From contig JABGTR010000028.1 of NCBI GenBank assembly GCA_018646985.1, positions 1-53,812 on the forward strand: a stretch of DNA of 53,812 nt, written 5' to 3'. The first letter of the stretch is position 1, and every line of letters starts with the position of its first letter. A program made the position numbers and the translations under genes. Shown in pieces: positions 9,562 through 19,206 of this stretch. This DNA is from Minisyncoccota bacterium (GTDB lineage: Bacteria > Patescibacteriota > Microgenomatia > UBA1400 > PJMF01). The notes under the pieces are model-generated. The model was not told the origin of the DNA. It saw only the letters and a program-made list of their open reading frames with translations, and did no database searches.

Positions 9562-10314
9562 CTACTTTTTCTTTTTCCTGCCAGCCAGACCCTCCAGGGC
9601 TCTCAACACCTCTAAAGGTAGGGCAAAGACAACCGTGTTGGATTGATCTGAAGAAATATCATTAATTGCGCTGAGAGTTCTTAGGTGCAGAGCTCCATCT
9701 GAATTAGCCATCAAATCAGCCGCTTTAGCTAAATTCTTAGCCGCCACCACCTCACCCTCAGAGTTAATAATAGTAGCTCTTCTCTCTCGCTCTGCTTCAG
9801 CTTGCTTAGCCATGGTTCGCACCATGTTTCCAGGCAACTCAATATCTTTTAGCTCTACTCTATCCACATCTATTCCCCACTTGTCAGTCACGGGGTCAAT
9901 TGATTTCAGAATATCAGCTGCGACCTGCTCGCGGTGAATCAACAACTCATCTAAGTCCACCTGACCTGTAATTCTTCTCATTGTGGTCTGAGCTAATTGT
10001 GAAACAGCCCAGAATACATCCTCCACCTCATTAATGGCTTTGCTAGAATCGACTACTTTGTAATAAATAACCGCATCCATCTTACAAGACACGTTATCTT
10101 TAGTGATGGTCTCTTGCTTAGGTACATCAACTGCCTTAGTACGAATATCCACTTTTCTGAAATTTTGGAAAACTGGCCACACCCATCTCCAGCCTGGATC
10201 CACCATCCCCTGATAACGACCCATGGTGTAAATTACTCCACGCTCATATTCATTTATTTGCTTCAAAGAAGCTAAAACTAAAACTATTAATAGTGGGAGC
10301 AAAGGTAGAAACAT
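9562..10314 (-). CDS. SPFH/band-7 (stomatin-like) membrane protein
   Basis: EYERGV, QETITKDNV, AQTTMR, WGIDVDRVELKDI, QAEAERERRA motifs. Confidence 0.93.
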   Translation of the reverse strand: MFLPLLPLLIVLVLASLKQINEYERGVIYTMGRYQGMVDPGWRWVWPVFQNFRKVDIRTKAVDVPKQETITKDNVSCKMDAVIYYKVVDSSKAINEVEDVFWAVSQLAQTTMRRITGQVDLDELLIHREQVAADILKSIDPVTDKWGIDVDRVELKDIELPGNMVRTMAKQAEAERERRATIINSEGEVVAAKNLAKAADLMANSDGALHLRTLSAINDISSDQSNTVVFALPLEVLRALEGLAGRKKKK

Positions 10315-10352
10315 TTTTTCCTTTGTTAAAAATTATTAAATAAATTATATCA

Positions 10353-10381
10353 TTGATTATGTTCTCATCATGTTATAACAT
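10353..10381 (+). promoter_or_regulatory. Toxin-antitoxin promoter with palindromic operator
   Basis: TTGATT-N17-TAACAT; perfect 12-bp palindrome ATGTTATAACAT (10370-10381) overlaps the -10. Confidence 0.5.
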
Positions 10382-10411
10382 AGCGTTAGTACAAAATAGA
10401 CAAAGACATTT

Positions 10412-10735
10412 ATGAGAGATTTCACTAAAACTCAAAAAGTTATTAAAGTCGGTAACAGCTATGCCGTCACTCTAGATAGTAAATTCGTTGAGGAAAACGA
10501 GCTCCAAGCTGGAGATCAAATTGTCGGTAGCTACTCAGCTTCTCACGTCGCTTACGCAGCTCCAGCCACACACCTCACTCTTAAAGACGGTTCTGATCTT
10601 AAGCATGGTAAAAAACTGACCAAAACAGAACAAAGAGCAGTCATGCATTCTAAGGTGACTCCAGAATTCATGGATTGGGTAGATAAAAACATAGAAGAAG
10701 ATAAAGAAGTATTGGAAAAATTGGCAAACCTATGA
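10412..10735 (+). CDS. AbrB/MazE-fold antitoxin
   Basis: KVIKVGNSYAVTL swapped-hairpin motif; C-terminal helix EVLEKLA; 4-nt overlap (ATGA) with toxin gene. Confidence 0.85.
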   Translation: MRDFTKTQKVIKVGNSYAVTLDSKFVEENELQAGDQIVGSYSASHVAYAAPATHLTLKDGSDLKHGKKLTKTEQRAVMHSKVTPEFMDWVDKNIEEDKEVLEKLANL

Positions 10736-11118
10736 CAGATTTCTCTTCTCTAGATATTGAACAAGTTTTATATCTTCATGAAAAAATTATTGAGCGCTCT
10801 GGAGGAGCACAGGGAGTTAGAGATTTTGCTCTCCTCCATTCTGGGCTAGAAAGGTGTAAAGCTACTTATGCTGGTGATGATTTATATCCAACTATTTACA
10901 AAAAAGCAGGAGCATTACTACATTCACTTGTCATGAATCATGCTTTTCTAGATGGTAATAAGAGAACTGCTTATGAAACCATGAAGCGTTTTCTATATGT
11001 TAATAATTATTATATTGATGCTAATACAGAAAAAATAATAAGCTTGTGTCTAGCAGTCGACAACGAAGGGATGAGTGTCGGGCAAATTAGTCAGTGGCTG
11101 CAAAAGAACACAAGATAA
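10732..11118 (+). CDS. doc: Doc-type (Fic/Doc family) toxin
   Basis: 128 aa; GVRDFALL, HAFLDGNKRTA (HxFxDGNKR, Doc-type Lys). Confidence 0.9.
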   Translation: MTDFSSLDIEQVLYLHEKIIERSGGAQGVRDFALLHSGLERCKATYAGDDLYPTIYKKAGALLHSLVMNHAFLDGNKRTAYETMKRFLYVNNYYIDANTEKIISLCLAVDNEGMSVGQISQWLQKNTR

Positions 11119-11220
11119 ATCAATAAATCTCACCTTCTCAAATGTAGAAGTCGACCTGTTTTGAGGATCATACAATTTTTATATAACTTCCAAGGATCAT
11201 CGGTTTTTAGATCACCCTCT

Positions 11221-11247
11221 AAAATGGTACCAAAATGGTACCATTTT
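11221..11247. repeat. Tandem plus palindromic motif (operator-like)
   Basis: AAAATGGTACC twice in tandem; AAAATGGTACCATTTT (11232-11247) is a perfect 16-bp palindrome. Confidence 0.6.
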
Positions 11248-11305
11248 CAATAAAGAATAAATCTTACAAAAAAACTCAGACCTCCTCTAGTGTATAATTC
11301 CCTTT

Positions 11306-13540
11306 ATGGACAAGCGCTATCAACACCAAGATCACGAGCAAGAAATTTACGACTTGTGGGAGAAGAGCAACTCCTTCAATCCAGATAGTGATAATCAGCC
11401 AGCTAAGCAAAATAAAAATGACTCTAAGCCATTTTGTATTCTAATGCCCCCTCCCAACGCCAACGACCCACTTCATATCGGTCACGCCATGTTTGCCACC
11501 CTGGAAGACATCTTAGTTCGTTATCACCGCATGCTTGGCGACGACACTCTTTGGCTACCTGGTACAGACCATGCTGGTATAGAAACTCAGTTTGTTTTTG
11601 AAAAGAAATTAAAGAAAAAAGGCCAAAGTCGCTTTGATTTTGATCGTGAAACTCTCTACCAAATGATCTGGGACTATGTTCAAGAAAACTCAGACGTGGC
11701 GGTCAATCAGCTTAAAAAACTGGGCGCGAGTGCAGACTGGTCTAGATTCAAATTCATGCTTGATAAAGATATTGTTAAAATTGTCACTCAAACCTTCCAA
11801 GAGCTCGCTGATCAAAAATTAGTCTACCGCGATGTCAAACTCGTTAACTACTGCACTCACTGTGGAACTGGCTTTAGTGAGCTAGAGATCAATCACAAAG
11901 AGCAGAAATCTCCTCTCTACTACATGAAATACGGGCCTTTTACTCTTGCCACTACTAGACCAGAGACTAAATTTGGCGACACCGCTATTGCAGTTCATCC
12001 TGATGATAAGCGCTATCAAGAATACATCGGCCAAGAAGTTGAAGTAGAAGGTTTGAATGGCCTTTTCAAACTCAAAGTCATTGCCGATGAGTACGTCGAT
12101 CCAGAGTTTGGGACAGGAGTAGTTAAAATTACCCCAGCCCATGACTTCAATGACTTTGAAGTCTGGCAACGACATCAAGATGAAATTCCTGGCCCCAAGC
12201 AAATCATTGATTATCGTGGACATATGACAGCAGAAGCTGGTCCTTATGCGGGTATGTATCTTAAAAAGGCTCGTCAAGAGATTGTTAAAGACATGCAAGA
12301 AAAAGGACTGATGGTAAAAATAGATGAAGATTATAAACACAGCATCGGCACCTGCTATCGTTGTGGAACAGTCATCGAGCCTCTTCCTCTCCCCCAATTC
12401 TTTATTGAGGTTAAACCCTTAACAGAAAAAGCCCTCCAGGCTCTAGATGAGGGGAAAGTAAAAGTTCACGGAGCTGGCCATGACAAAATTCTCAAGCATT
12501 GGCTGGAGAATCTTCATGATTGGAATATCAGTCGTCAAATAGTCTGGGGCATCCGCATGCCAGTTTGGTACTCCACCGATAATTCAAATATCCACGTAGT
12601 GTTTATAAAAAATAACGAACGGATTGAAGGAACACTGAAAGAGCTTTTAAACCTATATGAGGGCAAATATTCGCTAGATGAAATTGAGAAAGGTCTCCAA
12701 GAACTCCGGGCTCCAGTTAATATTAAATATATCATCTCCCCCACCTCACCTGGAGAAAATTATCTCCAAGAGACAGATACTTTTGACACTTGGTTTAGCT
12801 CAGCTCAATGGCCGTATACCACTCTTCAGACTGGACAACTCAATGATTTTAGCCGCTTCTACCCTACCAATGTCATGGAGACCGGCTATGACATTCTTCC
12901 CTTCTGGGTAATGAGAATGTTGATGATGGGACTCAACAAAACTAATGACGTACCCTTCAAAAATGTTTATCTCCATGGATTAATCCGCGATGCTAAAGGC
13001 CAAAAAATGAGTAAGAGTAAGGGCAATACCATTAATCCTCTCGAAAAAATAGAACAGTACGGCGCTGATGCACTCCGCATGGCACTAGTCATCCGCTCTA
13101 GTGCTGGGCTGGACAAATCAGTTGGTGATGGTGACTTCAAAGCCACTCGCAACTTCACCAATAAACTTTGGAACGCAACTCGTTTTATCCTTATGAGTGA
13201 AAAAAGTGAGACAAAAGGTACAGGAGATACTGAGTATTTGGAAAAACTAAGCACCATTACTCAAGAAATAACTCGACAACTAAACGACTTCAAAATTGGA
13301 CTCGCAGCAGAAACTCTTTACAACGAATTTTGGCACTGGTTCTGTGATGAGTGCATCGAGAAATCAAAAGCTGGAGAAATATCTCAATCAACCTTGATTA
13401 AGGGCCTAATTACTTTTCTCAAACTCCTCCACCCCTTCATTCCCTTTGTAACTGAGTCCATCTGGCAGACACTTCAAAAAGAAGGTTTTGTCGATAAAAA
13501 AGACAGTGGACTGTTAATTGTTTCAAACTGGCCTCACTAG
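11306..13540 (+). CDS. valS: Valine--tRNA ligase (short form lacking C-terminal coiled-coil arm)
   Basis: PPPNANDPLHIGH, PGTDHAGIETQ, ATTRPET, GTGVVKITPAHD, DWNISRQ, DTFDTWFSS, KMSKS. Confidence 0.96.
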   Translation: MDKRYQHQDHEQEIYDLWEKSNSFNPDSDNQPAKQNKNDSKPFCILMPPPNANDPLHIGHAMFATLEDILVRYHRMLGDDTLWLPGTDHAGIETQFVFEKKLKKKGQSRFDFDRETLYQMIWDYVQENSDVAVNQLKKLGASADWSRFKFMLDKDIVKIVTQTFQELADQKLVYRDVKLVNYCTHCGTGFSELEINHKEQKSPLYYMKYGPFTLATTRPETKFGDTAIAVHPDDKRYQEYIGQEVEVEGLNGLFKLKVIADEYVDPEFGTGVVKITPAHDFNDFEVWQRHQDEIPGPKQIIDYRGHMTAEAGPYAGMYLKKARQEIVKDMQEKGLMVKIDEDYKHSIGTCYRCGTVIEPLPLPQFFIEVKPLTEKALQALDEGKVKVHGAGHDKILKHWLENLHDWNISRQIVWGIRMPVWYSTDNSNIHVVFIKNNERIEGTLKELLNLYEGKYSLDEIEKGLQELRAPVNIKYIISPTSPGENYLQETDTFDTWFSSAQWPYTTLQTGQLNDFSRFYPTNVMETGYDILPFWVMRMLMMGLNKTNDVPFKNVYLHGLIRDAKGQKMSKSKGNTINPLEKIEQYGADALRMALVIRSSAGLDKSVGDGDFKATRNFTNKLWNATRFILMSEKSETKGTGDTEYLEKLSTITQEITRQLNDFKIGLAAETLYNEFWHWFCDECIEKSKAGEISQSTLIKGLITFLKLLHPFIPFVTESIWQTLQKEGFVDKKDSGLLIVSNWPH

Positions 13541-14517
13541 ACTTCGCTAATAACCTCAAAGCCTTTCATGCTACCAACAATTGCATAACCAAAAACTTTC
13601 TCCACTCCTCTATTTTTAATTTTTTGAGCTGATTCATTTAGAGTTGCTCCAGAGCCAACGGCATCATCAATTAATAAAACTTTTTTAAAATCAATCTTAC
13701 TATTTTTAACTAGAATTGTTTCTCTAGCATTCTGAATTCTTTCATCTAGTTTTGACAAACTTTTTTGAGCCACAGGTAGTTCCCCGCTATAAGCTTTAAC
13801 TAAATCAATTTTCGGCAAACCTAAGTTTAACTGCTCTTTGAATATCTTTAAAAAGGGTATTTTTCGAGGTATTGAATGTGGAATAAATGCTACAGCCTGA
13901 ATTTTTTTTTCAGAAATGATTTTCTCTATATCTGGCTTAACCCGACTAACTATTTCTTTAATTAAAGGTTCATATTGTGACTGTTTAGCATGAAGAACCA
14001 TCGTCCCTAATTTTGTTTTACCAAACTTTGGCAAACTATAAAAATCAGAATAATATACCTCTTTAAGAAAGCAATCTTTGAAAGTGTTTTTAAATTTATT
14101 AGTTGCCTTCAATAAGTCTCCATCCAAAGAAAACTTGTTTTTTAATTGAATATACTCTTGAGCCAAACTTACAATATCTTGATTTTGGCGAGTATTATTA
14201 AACCAAGAAATAAAACCATCCACACCGTATTTAAGCTGCCCAGTTGCAGTTACATATAGATAATTATCTTTAATAAGATCTAACGCACTATCTGGTAAAT
14301 TAAGTTTTGCTTTTTGAAAGACATTTTCCCCAGGTAAACTATAAAAAACTAAGGGTGGTTTTCCCTGTTTAACTAGCTTTCCTTGAGATACTAGCTTTTT
14401 AAGCTGTTTATGCACAGCTACTTGACTAATGCCTAGATTTTTTACTAAATCATGTGGTCTTACCTGGCCATTATCTTTAATAATAGAAATAATTTTAAAA
14501 CTAGTATTTGTCTTCAT
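13537..14517 (-). CDS. Winged-helix + phosphoribosyltransferase (ComF-like) protein
   Basis: N-terminal HTH (LVKNLGISQVAVHKQLKKL); PRPP-binding motif VLLIDDAVGSGATL. Confidence 0.8.
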   Translation of the reverse strand: MKTNTSFKIISIIKDNGQVRPHDLVKNLGISQVAVHKQLKKLVSQGKLVKQGKPPLVFYSLPGENVFQKAKLNLPDSALDLIKDNYLYVTATGQLKYGVDGFISWFNNTRQNQDIVSLAQEYIQLKNKFSLDGDLLKATNKFKNTFKDCFLKEVYYSDFYSLPKFGKTKLGTMVLHAKQSQYEPLIKEIVSRVKPDIEKIISEKKIQAVAFIPHSIPRKIPFLKIFKEQLNLGLPKIDLVKAYSGELPVAQKSLSKLDERIQNARETILVKNSKIDFKKVLLIDDAVGSGATLNESAQKIKNRGVEKVFGYAIVGSMKGFEVISEV

Positions 14518-14553
14518 AGTTTATAGTTTATAGTTAACTGCAAACTATGTCAA
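14515..14553 (-). promoter_or_regulatory. Sigma70 promoter with overlapping direct and inverted repeats
   Basis: Minus strand TTGACA (14548-14553)-N17-TAAACT (14525-14530)-N7-ATG; three 7-bp-period TAGTT(T/A)A repeats; CATAGTTT/AAACTATG inverted pair. Confidence 0.7.
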
Positions 14554-14642
14554 GTCTGTTTGATGCAGATGAATATTCACCCCGTCCACCCACTTTATAC
14601 TTACAAAGTATAACCACACCTACTCATGCTAAAATATTTATC

Positions 14643-15014
14643 ATGCACATTTTATTTCTCCCTTTTTTCACAGTCATTCTTTTATTAAGAATCACTCCCT
14701 TTATTCTTAGACTGGCCATAAATAGATTACTTTCCTATAAATCTTTAATAATTTTCGTCTTCATCTTCAGTGTCGCGGGAATTATTTTCTCAACCCACCT
14801 CTCAGCAGTTGCAAAAAAAGAGCATCGCCTTGATGTGAAAGAAAAATTAATTCAACAAAAAAATAGCTTAGAAAGCTTACTAGAAAAACAACCTACTCAT
14901 AAAGATATTCTGCTGAACCTAGCTAATATCAATAAAGCCTTGGGGGATGAACAACAAAGTACTTACTTAAGAAACAAAGCATTAAGCCTTGATCCAAACA
15001 ATAATTCTTTTTAG
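14643..15014 (+). CDS. Small membrane protein with a C-terminal TPR motif
   Basis: Two hydrophobic segments, then QPTHKDILLNLA...KALSLDPNN; ATG 14643 preferred because TGcTAAAAT lies 7 nt upstream. Confidence 0.65.
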   Translation: MHILFLPFFTVILLLRITPFILRLAINRLLSYKSLIIFVFIFSVAGIIFSTHLSAVAKKEHRLDVKEKLIQQKNSLESLLEKQPTHKDILLNLANINKALGDEQQSTYLRNKALSLDPNNNSF

Positions 15015-15025
15015 TAAAATGAGTT

Positions 15026-15724
15026 TTATTCTTTTTTAGCAGAGTCGTCTTCAGTTTTCTCAGCGTCACTCTTTTCCTCAGTAGCTTGGTCAGTTTTCTC
15101 AACACCCTCTTCTTCATCAATATCAACTTCCTCGACAGCCTCAATAACTTCTTCCTGTCGCTGTTCTTGAACCAGAATAACTGGCTTCTCCCAATCTTCT
15201 TCATTCTCAACTTCCACTAGAGAAACCTTAGACTTATTAAAGTCTAAATCAGCGAGAGTAATTGATTGTCCAATCTCGGTCAACTCACTCAGCTTAACCT
15301 CAAATTTCTCTGGCAAATCACTTGGCAAGGCCTCAACAACTATACTATTTCTGACCTGCACCATCACCGCCTCTTTAATATCTAACTCCCCAATAATTTC
15401 AACTGGTACCTCTACTTCAATTTTCTCTTTAAGATCAACTTCTTTGAATGAAATGTGAATAACATCTCCAGATACAGGGTCAACCTGAACCTCATCAATT
15501 AAAGTTGGCTTACTTTTCTTAGAATCACCAATCTCTAAATAAACTAATCCAGTATCACCTGCTTCTTCGTAAAGTTTAATGAATTTTTTGCCAGAGAACT
15601 GAATAGCGATAGACTCTCCCCCAGACACATAAACATTCCCCGGGACGATATTTTGAGCCCTCAGTCTTCTAACTTTTTTCCCTTTAAGCTCTCGAGTGGT
15701 AGCTGGAAATGTAATTTTTGTCAT
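15026..15724 (-). CDS. rplY: 50S ribosomal protein L25 (Ctc long form)
   Basis: RRLRAQNIVPGNVY, EVQVDPVSGDVIHISF, ALPSDLP, acidic tail. Confidence 0.93.
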   Translation of the reverse strand: MTKITFPATTRELKGKKVRRLRAQNIVPGNVYVSGGESIAIQFSGKKFIKLYEEAGDTGLVYLEIGDSKKSKPTLIDEVQVDPVSGDVIHISFKEVDLKEKIEVEVPVEIIGELDIKEAVMVQVRNSIVVEALPSDLPEKFEVKLSELTEIGQSITLADLDFNKSKVSLVEVENEEDWEKPVILVQEQRQEEVIEAVEEVDIDEEEGVEKTDQATEEKSDAEKTEDDSAKKE

Positions 15725-15798
15725 GTTTTTTTTAAATAAAATATTATCTAGTGAGAAGAGTATTATACCAGGTTATTATAAATCTAGAAATGATGTCA

Positions 15799-15820
15799 TT
15801 TGTTTTCACGTGAAAACAAA
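15799..15820. promoter_or_regulatory. parS-like centromere site 1
   Basis: Perfect 22-bp palindrome TTTGTTTTCACGTGAAAACAAA containing the TTTCACGTGAAA core of the parS consensus TGTTTCACGTGAAACA; intergenic, ~6.5 kb from oriC. Confidence 0.65.
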
Positions 15821-15840
15821 TATTAAGTTTCCATTAAGTC

Positions 15841-15856
15841 TAGTTCACGTGGAAAT
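15841..15856. promoter_or_regulatory. parS-like site 2 (degenerate)
   Basis: TAGTTCACGTGGAAAT, centred 39 bp from site 1. Confidence 0.45.
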
Positions 15857-18781
15857 TTATTCGAAAGATACACCTACAAAAACATGTCCAGTATCTCTAG
15901 ATGGATTAAACACAATTACTTCTCCCTGAACTTCAGCTTGTGGGGCAATTAAAACGGGGGAGAGGTCTGGATCATGGTTTAAAAATACTCGAGGCGAGAC
16001 ATCCCTAGCTCCGGATTGCTTTTGATCAAAAAACGCATATGTAAAGGGAGTTTGCTGGTCATGATCCAACGAATATTCTAGCTGGAGCTTGAGCTCTGAT
16101 TTGACAACTACCTCTATTAACACCCCGACCATTTTTCTGCCAAACTCTTTTTTAATAGTAAGATTATCTAAACCTATATTCTGTCCATTAATCTCGATAC
16201 TTTTAAATTCTGATTCTTCCGGCAGATAAAATCTTAAATATGATTTGTAGGGGCCCTTTGGCCAAGCATTGGTCTGAGCTTTATTTTTAAAAGTAATCAC
16301 CCGCTTGTGAGATATCTGCTGTGAATTGATAGATATACTATGATCAACTTGTCTTTCTAAATAATAGTTAGCTTTATTAACTCCGATATTAGCTTCGACT
16401 TGCATTAGAGTGTCAATTAAACATTCGTCATCATCGAAAACAGTTGGGCAAGCAGGATCTACAATTGAACCATCCCAGCCCAATGATTCAAAAGTTGCTA
16501 CACTATCTTCATTAAAGATTGAAATCAATAGTTCTTTGGAGTCAGCCATTCTCGATAGAGAAGAGAGCAGTGGAGATACTTGTTCGGCAAGTAGATGCTG
16601 AATTTTATTTAAGATCTTAAGGAAGATTAATTCGGAATAATCTCTCTTTTCAGTGGTTTCTACTAGCTGCACTTCCGAGTGAAACTCCATTCTTTCGCTG
16701 AGATTTCTTTTTGTCAAAACCTCATTGTACTCGTCTATCTCAACCTGATCTAAAACAGCTACTATCTCTTCCAGAACCTTGAGATTAAGCCCGATTACCC
16801 CGTCAACCTTGACGGCAATACTTTTTTCCAAAAACCACTTTATTTGTTTGGCTGTATCTGGAAAGCTAGGATTCCAGTTGCTATCTCTCAAGTACCATCT
16901 TTCCTCACCCAAATATTTAGCAACTTCATCAGGTGGACTTATAATAGCTTTTAATTGTTGATCTAATGTGTAGACATCCTCAACCTGAATATTGACTAAA
17001 GACCCATCCTTAAAACTCAATAAGGCTACTGCCTGAATAAAGCCACCTGTTGGCCGAAGCTCTTGATTGTTCTGTAATACTAACGCGTAAGTTTTCGCTC
17101 CATCCTGGGCAATTATCCCTGGTAAAAGAGGGGAGAGCTGCTGAAACTGATTTATCTTCCTTTCTTGTTCAGAAATTGAGTTTTGGTAGGTAGTAATTAG
17201 TTGAGACTGCTCTGGGGAGAGCTCATCTAGTGGATAGTTTTTCAACTCCGCGCTCAAGAGAGAGAGGTTTCTGAAAACATCAATACTCTCTTTATTAACT
17301 AATTCTAAAGAACCAGCTCCATCTTGAAGCATGACTTGCTGAAAGAAAGAAGCTGTGACTTGATTAAAATTGTCAATCTGGTCATCTAAACCAACTATGA
17401 GACGACTAATTTCAATTAGCTGAAAAGCTTCGGAGAAGAAAGGTGTTGAAAACCACTTATTAACTAAAGCCAACCTTCCCTCAAGCTTATCAACATTTTC
17501 ACTCAGCTCAACAAGTTTTTTTTGCTGCGCGGTAAACGGCATCGACCTTGAGCCTAGATAGGACAGAACACCTTCTTGTACTTGAGATATGTTGATAATA
17601 AATACTATCGTTGAAATCAAAATACTCAAAGCAGTTAGAGTTATCAATATCCCACCTCCAAACAAGAATTTCTGGTTTTTCAGTTTGCGAAAACCGACCT
17701 GAGTACTTTTAGCTATTTTTTGAAGATGTTGTTGTTTTTCTTTATCTCGATAACTCTTGAAAAAACTATCTAAGACCACAGGTTGTTTGTCTTCAGGCAA
17801 CTCAGAATTAACTTCTACTTTTATCTTCAACTCTTCAACTTTCTCAACCTTTTCGACTGAATCATTAAGATCGTGCTCTAAATCAAGTCTAATATTCTGA
17901 CGAACCGCGTCTGTTTTATTCCATTCTTTAACCAATGTTTTTTTAGTCGGTGGCTTAAGCAGATCTTCATTGTCACTTGAATCTTTTTTATCTTCACCAA
18001 CATCAGACATGAAAGACATTATTTGTTTGATGATAGAACTTATTTTCTGATTATTTTCGATAGTTTTTTCTCGATTCATTTTGCTTAGTAATTCGCTTAC
18101 TGGATGTTCTGCTATTTCTAACTGAACTCTTTTGATTAGCAATCCAGCTGAGTGCTGACTCAGATATAGTTTCTTAATTCCCTCTAGGAAAACACCACTT
18201 TTTCTAAATCCGCCCTTAATAATGTTTATTTTTTTCTTGGGCTTAAGAATAGTTGTTGCCAATATCGAAGCTAACTCATCTATAGTTTGTAAATTCAATT
18301 CGATATTTGGATCAATCAATAAACCCCTACTGAGTTGATTATTGAAAAAATCTAGTATTACAGAATCTTTTTTTATTAAATCTGAATAAAGTATAAATGA
18401 CGATATATCGCCCCTTTCACTCAAAGATTTAAAAAAATTATATTCATTCTCAACTTGTTTAATCCACCCATCAGTCTCTGATTTACCAGGTTTAACAGCA
18501 GTTGTTATTGGAGCTATTATAGTAATCCCACTAAATAAAAGATTAGACTCAATAATTTCAGGCAAATCCTCGTCTAGTAAGCCCTCTAGTAATAAGACAA
18601 CCTTGTACCAATCTTCATTTCTTTCTTCTCCTGAAATAAAGTCAGCAGGAGAGATAAGAACAACCCCCAACTGAGCCTGTTCTTCTATTTTTTCTATTAA
18701 AAGACGTGAAAATTTAGTTGATTTAGCAACCAATAGAACTTCTAATTTTCCCTCTAGTGTATGAGTTATTAAGGCAGACAT
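15857..18781 (-). CDS. DUF4012-domain membrane protein
   Basis: TM near aa 375-395; LVLQNNQELRPTGGFI, LRDSNWNPSFP, VDGVIG, EANIGVNKAN motifs. Confidence 0.85.
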   Translation of the reverse strand: MSALITHTLEGKLEVLLVAKSTKFSRLLIEKIEEQAQLGVVLISPADFISGEERNEDWYKVVLLLEGLLDEDLPEIIESNLLFSGITIIAPITTAVKPGKSETDGWIKQVENEYNFFKSLSERGDISSFILYSDLIKKDSVILDFFNNQLSRGLLIDPNIELNLQTIDELASILATTILKPKKKINIIKGGFRKSGVFLEGIKKLYLSQHSAGLLIKRVQLEIAEHPVSELLSKMNREKTIENNQKISSIIKQIMSFMSDVGEDKKDSSDNEDLLKPPTKKTLVKEWNKTDAVRQNIRLDLEHDLNDSVEKVEKVEELKIKVEVNSELPEDKQPVVLDSFFKSYRDKEKQQHLQKIAKSTQVGFRKLKNQKFLFGGGILITLTALSILISTIVFIINISQVQEGVLSYLGSRSMPFTAQQKKLVELSENVDKLEGRLALVNKWFSTPFFSEAFQLIEISRLIVGLDDQIDNFNQVTASFFQQVMLQDGAGSLELVNKESIDVFRNLSLLSAELKNYPLDELSPEQSQLITTYQNSISEQERKINQFQQLSPLLPGIIAQDGAKTYALVLQNNQELRPTGGFIQAVALLSFKDGSLVNIQVEDVYTLDQQLKAIISPPDEVAKYLGEERWYLRDSNWNPSFPDTAKQIKWFLEKSIAVKVDGVIGLNLKVLEEIVAVLDQVEIDEYNEVLTKRNLSERMEFHSEVQLVETTEKRDYSELIFLKILNKIQHLLAEQVSPLLSSLSRMADSKELLISIFNEDSVATFESLGWDGSIVDPACPTVFDDDECLIDTLMQVEANIGVNKANYYLERQVDHSISINSQQISHKRVITFKNKAQTNAWPKGPYKSYLRFYLPEESEFKSIEINGQNIGLDNLTIKKEFGRKMVGVLIEVVVKSELKLQLEYSLDHDQQTPFTYAFFDQKQSGARDVSPRVFLNHDPDLSPVLIAPQAEVQGEVIVFNPSRDTGHVFVGVSFE

Positions 18782-18789
18782 CAGCCTTA

Positions 18790-19206
18790 TTATATGGCAT
18801 CCAATGCTTTATTGACTAACGCATCAGCCTCTTTATTTAATTCACGCTTTACATGAGATATTTCATACCTGCAGTTAAGAGGGGAGAGTAGACTCCATGC
18901 TTGTTCAGCAAACTCTGCCATTCTTGGCTCTTTAACTTTCCAGTTTCGCTTTATTTGTTCAACAACTAGCTTCGAATCTAGAAACCACTCAACACTGTCG
19001 ATTGAATTAGATTTTATATACGTTACTAGCCACTCTAGTGAGGCTAAAAAGGCTTTATACTCTGCTTCGTTATTAGTTGCCCGTCCGATGTATTTTGACT
19101 CTGAATAAATGAGCTCTTGCTGCTGATTAATTACAAAAACACCAATCCCAGCTGGGCCAGGGTTGCCTCTAGCGCCACCATCAGTGTAAATTTTTAAACT
19201 ATTCAT
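18790..19206 (-). CDS. rnhA: Ribonuclease HI
   Basis: YTDGGARGNPG, TNNEAEY, DSKLV, NKEADAL. Confidence 0.93.
   Translation of the reverse strand: MNSLKIYTDGGARGNPGPAGIGVFVINQQQELIYSESKYIGRATNNEAEYKAFLASLEWLVTYIKSNSIDSVEWFLDSKLVVEQIKRNWKVKEPRMAEFAEQAWSLLSPLNCRYEISHVKRELNKEADALVNKALDAI

Noticed and set aside
11119-11305. T-box leader upstream of valS
   Set aside because: No T-box (UGGNACC-GCG plus terminator) architecture; a -10 hexamer lies 7 nt from the ATG
14547-14642. Longer N-terminus for the TPR protein as given in the ORF track
   Set aside because: Overlaps the divergent promoter; ATG 14643 has its own extended -10
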